A stretch of 64,000 nt of DNA from Bispira polyomma (lineage: Eukaryota), in contig OZ287751.1 in the NCBI GenBank assembly GCA_965649765.1, positions 65,782,001-65,846,000 of the forward strand, in the 5' to 3' direction. The first letter of the stretch is position 1, and the number at the start of each line of letters is the position of its first letter. The position numbers and the translations under genes are program-made. Under the pieces are notes generated by a model, which was given only the letters and a program-made list of their open reading frames with translations, made no database searches and had not been told where the DNA came from. Positions 14,936 through 26,194 of the stretch are shown piece after piece.

Positions 14936-16214
14936 ATATGTAATATTTGTGTGTAATATCGTAAAAACAATAAAACCTCTATTTAGTGAATGTTCTTGGG
15001 ACCGGGTCAAAAATCTTCACTACACAGAGGTGTTCTATTTTTGGAGGTAGCTAAGTTTAACAGCAATAACTCCATGAAACACATTTGTACACCTTTATTT
15101 TCAAGTAACATATAGATATGCACACAATGAAGCAATAATAAGTAAGCACATTTTGTGATACCAACATGTACACAAACATTTTGTTGTTTTCAGTGATACT
15201 TTAGGACTTCTTCTTAAAGTAATCTATCAGAGTTGACCGTTTTGGACTTAACTATTCAATAGTGAAAATATACTGTATTAGTAGGCTTGGGATCAGGGGT
15301 TTACTGTTCATAGACATGTGTTTACTTTTCAGAGGCAGGCTTTACTTCCTTTGAATAAAATTATGATATGATATTCTTGTAAACCCACTTATTTTCAGTA
15401 GCAATTATAATTATATTGAACACAAACATAAGTACCTTGTATCTTACCAAAAGAAGTTGTTTATCTTGCAGAAAATAATTTTTTTCTTGTGAAGAAACAA
15501 AACATGATTCTAGATGCTACAAATATTTGCGTTTACATTTAAAGTACATTTCACAAATAAATGATTACACACATTATGTACAACTTTTATTAAAAAAAAC
15601 AACAACTACATAAATTACATGTGTGTACATCATCTTCTTGAACTAATCAATATTGTCATGTGTGATAAAAGCTTTAATATTCACTGTGTATGAAAATTTT
15701 GAGATATTTTGTTTTTAGATAAAGAGAGACACAATTTGAGGTAATCCACATTATTTTTCCTTTAAGAATTTTTTATATCTAATAAATCGAAATGATCATG
15801 TGTAACACACACTGTTATACAATAGATTTAATAATTGGCCTTTGGGAAAAATTATATGTAAGAAGCATAATAAAATAAAGGATAAATATTTTGATTTGCA
15901 GTGGTGGGATTCAAGCTTTAAACCTCTCAATCACAGCAGGTTAAACAGCAACTGATTGCAATCATTCATAAAGACACTGTAACTGAATTAAATATATACT
16001 CAACCTTTATTATATGAACATGTCGGAAGGGAAATATTTTTGTTCATATAAAAGAATATTAATATAATACAAGAGACATCTGTGCAAAAACACTAGGCAA
16101 ACATAAATTTGGGAGAGCAGAATTGGCTTCATGAAATTGAATTTATGGATAACTGAGGTTTGGATAACAAAGGTTCTACTCTAAATACAGATGTAGGAAT
16201 GAATTTAATCTCTA

Positions 16215-16670
16215 TATATTGGTTCTTGATAATTACACAATGCAGCCCAACTTGGAAAGATTTTACCAAAGAAATAGGCATTTCACCAGTAAATATTCTG
16301 TAGGTCTTCAATCGCCTTATAACTTGTTCTACAAGAATTCTGGAATTTGTTGTTTTCTTTGTTTTGGCCACAGCTTCTGTTGGCATTTGAATATCTCTTC
16401 GAAGACCTGGTGGAACATCTAATGAGATCAGTCTTGCTTCACATTCAGTTATCTCTTTATCACTGACACGCCCACCATAGGCAGGAGAAAGAAAAGTTAT
16501 TTCAGAGTTTAGTGCAACAGCAATGAGCAATTTTACCGTGTTGTGGTGTTTGTAAGATGACAAGCAGCATTTTGAAGAACAGGGTCGTTAGAAGTCTTAC
16601 TAAAAACCTCTGAGCAATCAATTATAGCTCTAACATTTGGAAGCCTGGGAAAACGACTTGGTTTAGAAGC
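16215..16670 (-). pseudogene. ISL2EU transposase, C-terminal (DDE_Tnp_4) half
   Basis: VRAIIDCSEVF, SSYKHHNTVKLLIAV..ITFLSPAYGGRVSDKEIT, RILVEQVIRRLKTYRI motifs. Confidence 0.88.
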
Positions 16671-16840
16671 TCCGTTCCCCGCCGTTGAAAACTAAGTTCG
16701 ATTATCTGACAAGTACACTGCCTTAGGATGTAACACAATAAAAAGACTTGCGGCAAAATTTATAAGTGACTGGCATGTTAATGACTACTTTGTATATGTA
16801 CAGTTTCAGCTTTTAGATTTGGACATAAGGTCAACTTAAG

Positions 16841-19682
16841 CTGTTTTCTTACAGCTTAGTGAACTGTAACTAAGCCTTATTTCTGTAAACACTGATAAAT
16901 ATTCTATACTTAAAAAAAGTTTTGCTTGAAACTCATCAAAACCATTATGTTTATCACACAGGTTGTTCTTATAGGTATTACTTCTCCTTGACGTTTTTTT
17001 ACTTGCATACATGTACACTTCTTTTTTTATATATAACTTTTGTACAGGGACAGCTTTATTGGAACTTTTTATGTTGTTCATTATAAGTGATGCTAAATAT
17101 GATTTACACATGCACCATGAATGTAAAACATGTAGTTTTTGCAGTAATTCTGGAGATCAAGAATCTGAAATAACTTTCTTTGATACTAGTTCTGTGTTGC
17201 TTTATGGAGACTCCTTGAATACTTTTAATGGTGTTCGGTGAAGAACTTGTAGTAGTATCAGCAAACTGTCAGGGTCTTCAAAACAAAAACAAACGTACAA
17301 AAGGTGATAAACCTCGAGAACTTTTGAAGAATTGGCGTCCGATCTCTTTGCTTTTGGTACTATATAAACTTGCCTCTGCAACAATTGCAAACCGTTTAAA
17401 GAAGGTACTAAATAAACTTATTTCAAAATCCCAAACTGGATTCATTGGCGGAAGGTTTATTGGGGAGAGTACAAGACTTGTTTATGATATCATGCATTAT
17501 ATTGAGAAGAACCATTTACAGGGTCTACTTATGCTTGTTGACTTCCAAAAAGCATTTGACTCAGTCTCATGGGGTTTTCTGTCAAATGTACTTGATTTCT
17601 ATAAATTTGGAAAAAGTTTCTGTAAATGGATAAATGTCTTAAACAAAAATGTAAAGGCATCAATTCTCCAATCAGGTTTCTTGTCGAAGTTTTTTGACAT
17701 GCAGAGGGGTTGTCAACAAGGAGACCCTATAGCTCCATATCTATTTCTACTATGTGCTGAGGTTTTATTTCTCATGGTTGATAATAACATAGGCATTAAA
17801 GGAATTATAATCAACGAACATAATTATAAAATCACACAGTTTGCTGATGATACTACAATATTCCTTGATGGAAGTAAGAACTCTATTGGCAACATTGTAC
17901 ACCCTAGAAATCTGTGGCCCTCTATTTGGACTCAAAGACTCAAAGTGAACACTGATAAAACCAAAATAATATGGCTGGGGAAAAAGAAACATTGCCACGA
18001 TAAGTACAATACTTTAGAGAATTTGAACTGGGGCTCCACTGATTTTAACTTGCTAGGAATACAATTTTCTGTGGACTTAGAATACCCACCATGAATTTTA
18101 GTCCAATCCTAAATAAAATTAATAAAATTTTAAACAGGTGGAAAAGAAAAAATTTGACACCACTTGGTAAAATTACTGTGCTCAAAACTTTTGTCATTAG
18201 TAGCCTAAATCATATAATTGCTTCCCTACCATCTCCTGATAAACAAATATTAACTAGTTTAAATCGCTTACTTTACTCATTTTTTGTGGGATAACAAGCC
18301 CAATAAAATAAGCCATAACCAAATTACAAATGATCACTTGCATGGAGGACTAAAAATGATAGATATAGAATCTTTCATAACATCTCAAAAACTCACCTGG
18401 ATGAAATGTTTGTTTCTATCATCAGAAGCATCTTGGGCTAAGCTTTTTTCAACCATATCAAATCCAGAAAAATTATATTTTATGGGACCTCTCTGGCCTA
18501 AAATTTTATCAAAAAGGATTTCCAACCCATTTTGGAAGGAAGTTCTTCTAGCCTGGGCTAAGTTACTTGGGCAAATTACATTTAATCAGGGTGATGCTAT
18601 ATCAAGTCCTATGTGGTATAACTCAGTAATTTCTATTGAACCTTTATTCCTACCACACTGGTATTATGCAGGAATATGTACCCCATTGGGTCTTTAAAAT
18701 CATGATGGTAGCATTATGGAGTTGGAGCAAATATGCCAATTATATAAAGTGAAAACCAATTTTCTAGAATATTTTAGAATTAAATTATGTTTAAAAAGTT
18801 TTCTGGCTAAATTTAATATGAAGAAATATCCTTGTGACAGACTGATCTTTCCTCCTTATTTGTAGTCGGCATTTTTATGAATTATTGAATCAGCAATATG
18901 ATAACTATCAATTGAGAAATAGATGGATTGATACTATAAATACTAATATTAGTAAACAAGATTGGGCCAATATTTACAAAGTATGTTTTAAAACCCTAAG
19001 AAGAAATTATTTTATTTGGTTTCAATACAGAATTATTCACGGAATTTTGGGTACAAGGGCTTATTTAAACAAAATCAATGTAAATATTAATTCCTCTTGC
19101 TACTTCTGCAATATGTATACTGAGACAATAATCCATATGTTTACTTCTTGTCCAGTGGTTAATCAATTCTTGAATGACTTAAAATCTTGGCTTCAACAAT
19201 TCTTTGGTTTGTACATAGATCTAAATCCAATGGGTATAGTGTTTGGTTTATTGGAGACGGAAGGAGATTTTCCCCCAACAATGTTGTTTTTATTGTGGCA
19301 AAAAAGTATATATTTGGATGTTCTAGAAATTTAAAACCTTTAAATATGTTTGGTTTCCAGAATTATTTCAGAACTATATATATTGACCAAGAATATATAG
19401 CTAAAACAAACTACCAGCTTGCCAAGTTTCAAGCAACTTGGTCTGTGTTTAATAGAATAATAGAGAGCTAATTTACATTTTTTAATCTCCTAATTAACTA
19501 AAACTTTTGACGTATTCACATGTAGACTTTTATGATTGCTTTGCATGTTGTAAACTCACTTTATTTCTAAACTGAATCCCTGCTCATGAGTTTTTACATA
19601 TTTTTATTCTTTTTGTTTTGAATGTACATGTATGTCTTTTGTATATATGTTATAAACAAAAAAAAAAACAATAATAAAAAAA
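16841..19682 (+). mobile_element. 5'-truncated L1/Tx1-clade LINE with poly(A) tail and 8-bp TSD
   Basis: ORF2 motifs NWRPISLL, DFQKAFDSV, QGDPIAPYLF, QFADD, C-terminal CxxC..ET..H...C; A-rich tail ~19655-19684; AACTTAAG duplicated at 16833-16840 and 19683-19690. Confidence 0.92.
17228..19471 (+). pseudogene. L1/Tx1 ORF2 (reverse transcriptase), frameshifted, with endonuclease domain deleted
   Basis: Fragments 17228-18094, 18091-18294, 18284-18697, 18885-19334 and 19187-19471 are collinear pieces of ORF2. Confidence 0.92.
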
Positions 19683-19990
19683 AACTTAAGTAAAACACCT
19701 TTGGATTTAAGGGTGCCATAAGGTCAACTCAAATTTAAGTTAAGTTTTGTATAAGGTCACCTTATATTCAGATTGTTTGCAAAAGGGGACAAAGTAAGGA
19801 GACCATAAATTATCTTAGGGGCAGCATAAGGTGACGCCAACTTAAGTTTAAGAAAAGTGTTAATTTTGAAGGTATGCGAGATAAGGAGACCATATGTTGG
19901 CCCTAAGTTGAGTTTAAGCATACTCAAAGATATGCACTAATGAAGATTGACTCTAAATGAGAACGTTATGTACTTGAGGTTAGGTTGACC

Positions 19991-20974
19991 TTATGGGTAC
20001 ATTATGTACTTTAGGTTAGGTTGACCATATACCCCAACCAGGCCCGCCTGAGCTGAATCTGTGATATACCTCCACACACAATCCGACATCCAGGTGCCAT
20101 GACGTTGAATGTCCTGAATGTTCACGTTATCAAATGCAAACGTGGCACCTGAACGTCGAAAGAAGTGGAATGTCAGATTCGCCTGGTGGCAACCCAGCAG
20201 TTGGAGGACATTCTTCAGATGACGTTTGACACGAGTGTCAGTCAGGGGCCCCCAAGAACTGCCAACCTTGAACTGAAACAGTGGGGCATTACTACCAGAG
20301 GGAGTCAAGGCTAGGACATTTCTCAAGGCTTGTACAGGACACAGGCTGGAATTAGGGATAGCTGGAAGTGTCAACAATCTAATAGAATTGTTTGTTTGCA
20401 TTGTTTTAGACCATTTAATAAGTAACATTACATAACCTGGCTTAAACAACACATCCCCCTGTGCTAAGTGTTTCAGGGGAGAATAAGCCACCACAGAGTG
20501 GGGACATAAATTTGACAATCTTAGAAAACTGAAAAAGCTGGGTAAACAAACTGGCTTGAAGATTTGTCCCATATACGTACAATCACATTTAGCAATTAAT
20601 GCTTTCAGCAAAGGAATGTCAAAAATACTTCTTAATTTTGCTTGCAGGGGTCTATTGACTGCAAGAGCCCGATTGAAATATGAAACCCTAGGATCTGCAA
20701 AGCAGTCCACATTTACATGATAAAGAATACATTTAGACTTCACAGCTGACAAGTAATTTACCATTTGAGCAGACGACACAGAGTTATAATTTAAAAACTC
20801 TAGAAAAGACAAAAGTCTGAATACATTCACCTGAGTAGGAAGCCATTCCATGAAGGCCCCAAAGGCGATGAATATCTTGAACATGTTGTCGTAAGCTCTG
20901 GTTGTGGAAGCAGCAAAGGCAGAGTGTAGCCTCTGACAAGCTCTACTTGTAAGCAGTGAATCGACAGGGTGCAT
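19991..20974 (-). CDS. Tyrosine recombinase of DIRS-type element #1 (open, 327 aa)
   Basis: Catalytic signature: R (FLRLSNL), K (KWSKT), HxxR (HFFRRSGAT), HGTW, Y (VWRY), plus CPV.AL. The last ~15 residues probably read into non-coding sequence. Confidence 0.93.
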   Translation of the reverse strand: MHPVDSLLTSRACQRLHSAFAASTTRAYDNMFKIFIAFGAFMEWLPTQVNVFRLLSFLEFLNYNSVSSAQMVNYLSAVKSKCILYHVNVDCFADPRVSYFNRALAVNRPLQAKLRSIFDIPLLKALIAKCDCTYMGQIFKPVCLPSFFSFLRLSNLCPHSVVAYSPLKHLAQGDVLFKPGYVMLLIKWSKTMQTNNSIRLLTLPAIPNSSLCPVQALRNVLALTPSGSNAPLFQFKVGSSWGPLTDTRVKRHLKNVLQLLGCHQANLTFHFFRRSGATFAFDNVNIQDIQRHGTWMSDCVWRYITDSAQAGLVGVYGQPNLKYIMYP

Positions 20975-21009
20975 GCCTAAAATATTTCAGAGACAACAAA
21001 TAATACAGC

Positions 21010-22540
21010 TTTAAATAGTCCTGTCTATACGGGATCTTGGGTATGTCCAGTTTCTAAAACACTGACAACCACTTGGTTATCACACTTAAATAGCACCTTT
21101 TTTCCATCCAGTCCCTAGACCAAAGTTGAAGGGCCACAAGGATATTTATCATTTCCACAGAAGCTATATTGTTACTAGTCATATGGCTTGGTACATTCAA
21201 CTCATAGACTTGATTTCCACAAATGCGTCCCATGCCAGTTAAGGAGGCATGTAACTCAATTTGGGTGTGTATAGGTATATGGGATTAAGAAGGTCACGCC
21301 ATTAAACTGACTTACAAATGTGGTTAACCAATTAAGGTCCTGTTTGAATTCCCGTGTTACGCTGAATTTCTCTTTACCATAATTATAACACAGTAGTTGC
21401 AACATTCTGTTTAAAAACACTCAAGCATATTATATGCACTTTGCAACATAGAGTAATGAACCCAATAGTGATTGCAGTTCCCTTTTTGTGCACTGGGTCT
21501 TAGTTCTCCAGCTAGCACACTTTTCCCTGATTTCCGTTAATTTATCATCGGGAATAGAATTTGTGAAATCTTCTGTGATTACCATGATTCCCAAACAGAT
21601 AGCCTGTGTATTGGGGCCCACTAATTTTTGCTACTAACAGTTAAACCAAGTTCAGATAATAAAACCTGGAACCATAAATGCGCCCAAATTTGCTGGGTAG
21701 ATTAACGGCTAGGAAATCGTCCATATAATTGTGTATATTATAGCCCTGTGACATCATGATAAATCTGACTGTGTCGGATAATCGTTGGAATATAGTGCTT
21801 CCGTTCTGATAGCTGAATGGAAGACACTTATCAACATAATAGTTCTTCCATTGTAGGCCTAACAAATTTATATCACCCGGGTCAATAGGGACGTGACGAA
21901 AGGCCCTACTGATGTCCACTTTAAATATCTTATAACCTTTGCTAAGTCTAATGACTTCATTTCCTATATTATCAACCGACGGGTAAGACAGAAGAAATTC
22001 TGTTTTCAAATAAGAAGTGGCAGACACCCCTGTGTTTACTGAGTGGCCACGTGGCCAACTCAAATCTACTATTACACTCATGTTGGTAGAACTTGATTTA
22101 TCACGGGTCATCATTGGTGAACAATGTGGGTCTTTAGTAGGTGGTTTAGTAAAAGGTCCTAATATGGTCCCAAATTGACACTCGTTCCGCAAATATGTAT
22201 CTACATGTTCAGGGAACTTATCCGATGAGCTATCAGTTACATTCTTGGACTAACTAATATTGTCCCGTGTTACATCCAGAGGGAACCCATATTTGACTAA
22301 GAGGGGAAGTTGCCAATCCCAGTATTGTTCAAGGTAACTTGCCCATTTATCAGCATTTAATTGCGAGGACACGGCCAGTTGTAAACCTTTGTAATTGTGC
22401 CTGCCATATGCGCGCAACTTTTAATGCAATTGAAATATGTTAAGTCTGTGACTAGTGGTACCATTGTCCCCCACTTTACAACCAAGTGTTGTAAGTGGTG
22501 TGAAACCATAATGCACCTTGTTTTGTTTTTGCCATTCATT
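21010..22540 (-). pseudogene. RT and RNase H of DIRS-type element #1, frameshifted
   Basis: SPMMTRDK, VIVDLSWP.G.SVN, FKVDISRAFRH, CLPF, NYMDDF; LQSLLGSLLYVAKC; RNase H motif EMINILVALQLW..KCDN.VV. Confidence 0.92.
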
Positions 22541-23330
22541 GTAAGTTTTTTATTTTGAGCCTTATTTCAAAGTTCTCGTTTGTTTTTCCTCTTCTTTAAT
22601 TGTAAAGCATATCTGTCATTTGACCTAGTGGTATTTATGTGTTTTTTGTTTACAACTACCTCCTGGCCGCTTTGTGCGACCCAAATTGTATTGTCCTGAT
22701 TTAACTTTGTAACTACTTGTTGGGTTCTACTACTTTTATACTCAGTGTCCCCCTCAGTATTTGCACCCCCCCCCCCTCCCCCCCATTGTTTTTTGTTTTC
22801 TGTAATCTCTGTTTGGTCAAGGGGCCAAACCTATTGTGGAGCGCGAGTCCCGAGGTAACACCTGCCAAAGTGTCTTTATTAGCACTTTCTTTTACTATTC
22901 TCGGCCTGCCCTGTTGTTTCCTTTCACAAGTGTTATGTTTATTTTGTGTCGTAGAAACAAAAGGGGAGGGCAATTGTCCAGAACGTTGACACCTAAATCT
23001 TTTTGAATGCCTTTAGATGTTGCTGCCTGATTTACACGTTTTCGTTCACGGGTTGTAAATACATCCCTTTTATTAGTACAGTTTGCATTCTTAAAACTTG
23101 TTTCGACTTTCTGAAACATTAGTACGTACACAATTACGGTGGTGTTTGCTATTTACATTTTTGACAGCCTGGCTATATGTACAGCCAGTCTGTCTGCCTC
23201 TACAATATACAATCTTTACATAAGATTTTGTCCCGATTTTGTTTGTCGAATAACTGTAACTCCTGGAAGCTAGAGTTATAAAACACCTGACTAAAAACAG
23301 ACTTGTCCACTGCAGTTAAGCAGTAGCCAC

Positions 23331-24336
23331 TTAGTTTTTTTAACTCTTTTTACTGCATGTGCTACTTTTATGTGTGCTCTCACATGCCTCACAAACGTTC
23401 TTGAAGTAAGTACTGTCCGTCTTATGGCTGGTAGGATACTTACAGGTTCCCTCTTGGAAGAACTTGCAATTAGCTGTGGTTTGTTTAGAATTTTGACTAG
23501 TTTTGTTAGCACCACGATTACTGACCAGCACTGATACTAGTTACGTGTCTTTGCACATGTGCCCTTCTAAGTCTATCAAGCTTATGTACTTCCGACTACT
23601 TGAGCTTATCCATTTCCATTTGAGTCAAAACCACAGCGTGGCTAGCTTTTGCAGCCTCCCAGGAGAAATCCTCCGAGTCCTCCATTAAGTTGGACATGTA
23701 CTCTAACATCATTTCCTTAATTTCATTACACTTTTCGTGTTGTACAATTCTAGTGAAACCACAAACCCACTGAGCGATAGAGAGGTCATCATAAGTGGGT
23801 CTTGTTCGAAAGTTACCAGTTAATACATGATTCTGTGGCAATTCGACCACCTGTTTAACAATGATATCAACACCCCCGCCCCTTTGGGATTTTAGTTTAC
23901 CTTGGCTAGGACTCTCATTTATTTTTTTGAGTTCAGCCAAACGCAACTCGACCTGACTTTGTATCGGGGTATTTGTGCATAGAAAATCTACAGTGGGTAT
24001 TACATTTTCTGGAGCCGAGGCTTCAGAATTACCATTCACAGAACTACTACTGGTACCAGTATGAGTAGAATTACTTTCCTGATTTTTGCTGTGATCTCCC
24101 GCCAACGCTGCTTCAGTAAGTTGAACACGCTGATTGATCCGTTCCATTATGGCACTCATTGTAGTAATATTTGGTTTAGTTACCCCAATATCTGTAGCAT
24201 AGAAGTCAACATTGGATTGATCAATGTGTTCAGCGTTGGCAGAAGATCCCTCACTAGCAGTTGCAAGTGTACAGGCAGCACCAACGTGCCTGGCATGTTT
24301 TCCAGAGCATTTTGAACAATTGAACACCGGAGGCAT
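23331..24336 (-). pseudogene. Gag-like ORF1 of DIRS-type element #1
   Basis: N-terminal CxxCxxxH..C motif; GKLKSQRGG; YDDLSIAQWVCGF; DFSWEAAKASHAVVL; C-terminal Cys/His fingers. Open to 23596, then disrupted. Confidence 0.85.
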
Positions 24337-24584
24337 CGTAACACACAATATTTAAAATAGTTAAAGTTTAAAATGATAAAAGCAGTAACAAATGTAAATT
24401 AAACATAAAATTTCACGGAAAATTTTCGCTTCTTGTTTCAAAGTTGTTGTTCTGTGAACATCTATTGTTTAAAAGGCAGGTGCATTTAAATGGCTGGCCT
24501 TTTATAGTAGCCGCATTCATTCAGGCGTTACAAATAGACTGGTACCCCAGAACTGAACTCGTCGGTGCTAGGACGCAGCCTTAT

Positions 24585-25345
24585 AATTATTGCTTCTTTC
24601 CTTGCTCACTTCACCTGTTTACCAAGAACTTTGGGCATAGTAGATACCAAGTATAAAATATTTGTTGACATAATGTCATAGAGATACCAAATCTCTGCTA
24701 AATCTCCATACAAAAGTCAATGTAAGTAGGAATTCTTCCTCACTTCTAAATTTTTTTTCAGGTCCAAACTTTTTAGGACTCTTGCTTGAAATTTATTACT
24801 TTGGTGGAAACTCTCTTTATTCCTCTTCACCTTCTACAGACCATTGGCGAAAGACAGTTATGTAATTGTGTAAACAAAGACTTTTTGAGCAATCCTGGTA
24901 TCTTTCTCATATATCAATACACTGTTATATAATCTGCTTTTAAGAATTTTTTTTTAGTAGGAACTTTTGGTGGTGTATTTCTGAGTTTCAATTTTTCTTT
25001 CTGCGATTACTGTCTTTGCATTTCAGCTTCTGCACAACAGCCAAAAAAAAGAAATATTATTACCCTTGCAGGCAGTGGACAACACCAAGTTCTTTTTCCC
25101 TTGGTTCCTTGATCACTTACTTGGATATGACTCACAGGTGACTCGAAAGATTCTGCTAATTTCCTTCTTTTCATATGTCTCTCTATTCTTCTTTCACATT
25201 CAATCATTTGTCTCTTTGGTGTACTAGTAATTGGGTTGAGATACAATTCTGGAACGCTGGGTGCGCTGATGTCGGCTCAGTGTCAATAAAGTGGTAAGAA
25301 CATACCACATGGTTGTATGTTGGCTGCAACCATTTATGCGGTATA
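24585..25345 (-). pseudogene. ISL2EU transposase, N-terminal half (THAP finger and HTH_Tnp_4)
   Basis: W.P....VVCSYHF....P....P THAP motif (~25250-25335); EEEFLLTL and LA.RFGIS....QIFYTW HTH motif (~24640-24745). Confidence 0.8.
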
Positions 25346-25733
25346 TATATATATATATAGTAAGAGATGACAATTTGAGAACCCCACAAAAATGCGGAGT
25401 AATTAAGGGACAATTTAATTGATGTAATTGTCTGTCTTTTTAGTTCTGTAATTTGTCACCTACTTGTCCACTTGTTTATATATGTTTGTTATAAAGGGAC
25501 AATTTAAGAAGGTTTAATTGTATACCTCTGACCCGATCGATATCCTCGATCTTGCTTAATTTAATAAGGTTCCAGACAGGTTTAATTAATTTTATATGGT
25601 TCCAAATGGCCCCAGACTAAATACTTAAATAGTTTTCATGTTAACAATATTACCATTAACTTCATAACACAAGTGTACCAAATTCCCCCTCCCGCTCCTC
25701 CATACTGTTATTTGCTGTTTACTATGAACTTAG

Positions 25734-25851
25734 ACCAAATAATCTGTCCCTATTTAGGGTTTTGCTTATGGAGGCCGTTCTGTCTCTTTTCGTGATGCCA
25801 TCATCAAAATAACTGCAAGGAATCTCCCTAAATAGAGACAGTTTATTTGGT
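25734..25851. mobile_element. Small MITE-like element with 26-bp terminal inverted repeats
   Basis: ACCAAATAATCTGTCCCTATTTAGGG ... CCCTAAATAGAGACAGTTTATTTGGT (2 mismatches). Confidence 0.7.
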
Positions 25852-26194
25852 ATACTATAAAATATGCTACGCTTATGTAGTTTATAACAGCTATAGAAAA
25901 ATCATTTTATTTCCATTAAATTCCAAAGATAGCCATATTGCTGGGGTTCATCTTGTTATAATAGAAGGCATCCAAGTTGAATAATTGTAAAAAATATAGA
26001 AATAACAGGATTGATGAATGGGCGAAAATAAAGGATACTACAAATCGCTATAAAAATATAGTATTTTATGCTAAATTAAAAGATGACACGTCATACCACT
26101 TGGTCAAAATAGACTTAAATCCTTTGAAATTAAAAAGTCTGAGTGTGTGGTGTTTTCAAGATTTGACAGACGTGCCCCTGTATGATATTATATG

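Larger units (their letters stand above)
16671..24584 (-). mobile_element. DIRS-type tyrosine-recombinase retrotransposon #1 (gag - RT - RNase H - YR), interrupted by a LINE
   Basis: Order gag, RT, RH, YR on the minus strand. Boundaries inferred because removing the segment restores the in-frame ISL2EU peptide EAII|ASKPSRF; no TSD seen. Confidence 0.9.

Noticed and set aside
16841-17227. 5' inversion (twin priming) of the LINE
   Set aside because: Minus-strand translations show no ORF2 motifs; the segment directly precedes the ORF2 start and fits an inter-ORF spacer.
19716-19770. Nuclear-receptor response elements (AGGTCA half-sites)
   Set aside because: Several copies read AGGAGA or AGGTGA and the symmetry centres on TAAGG/CCTTA; not excluded, but not supportable as a regulatory call.
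19991-20974. Phage/integron integrase or bacterial contamination
   Set aside because: The YR lies in gag-RT-RH-YR order within a eukaryotic TE nest, as expected for a DIRS-type retrotransposon.
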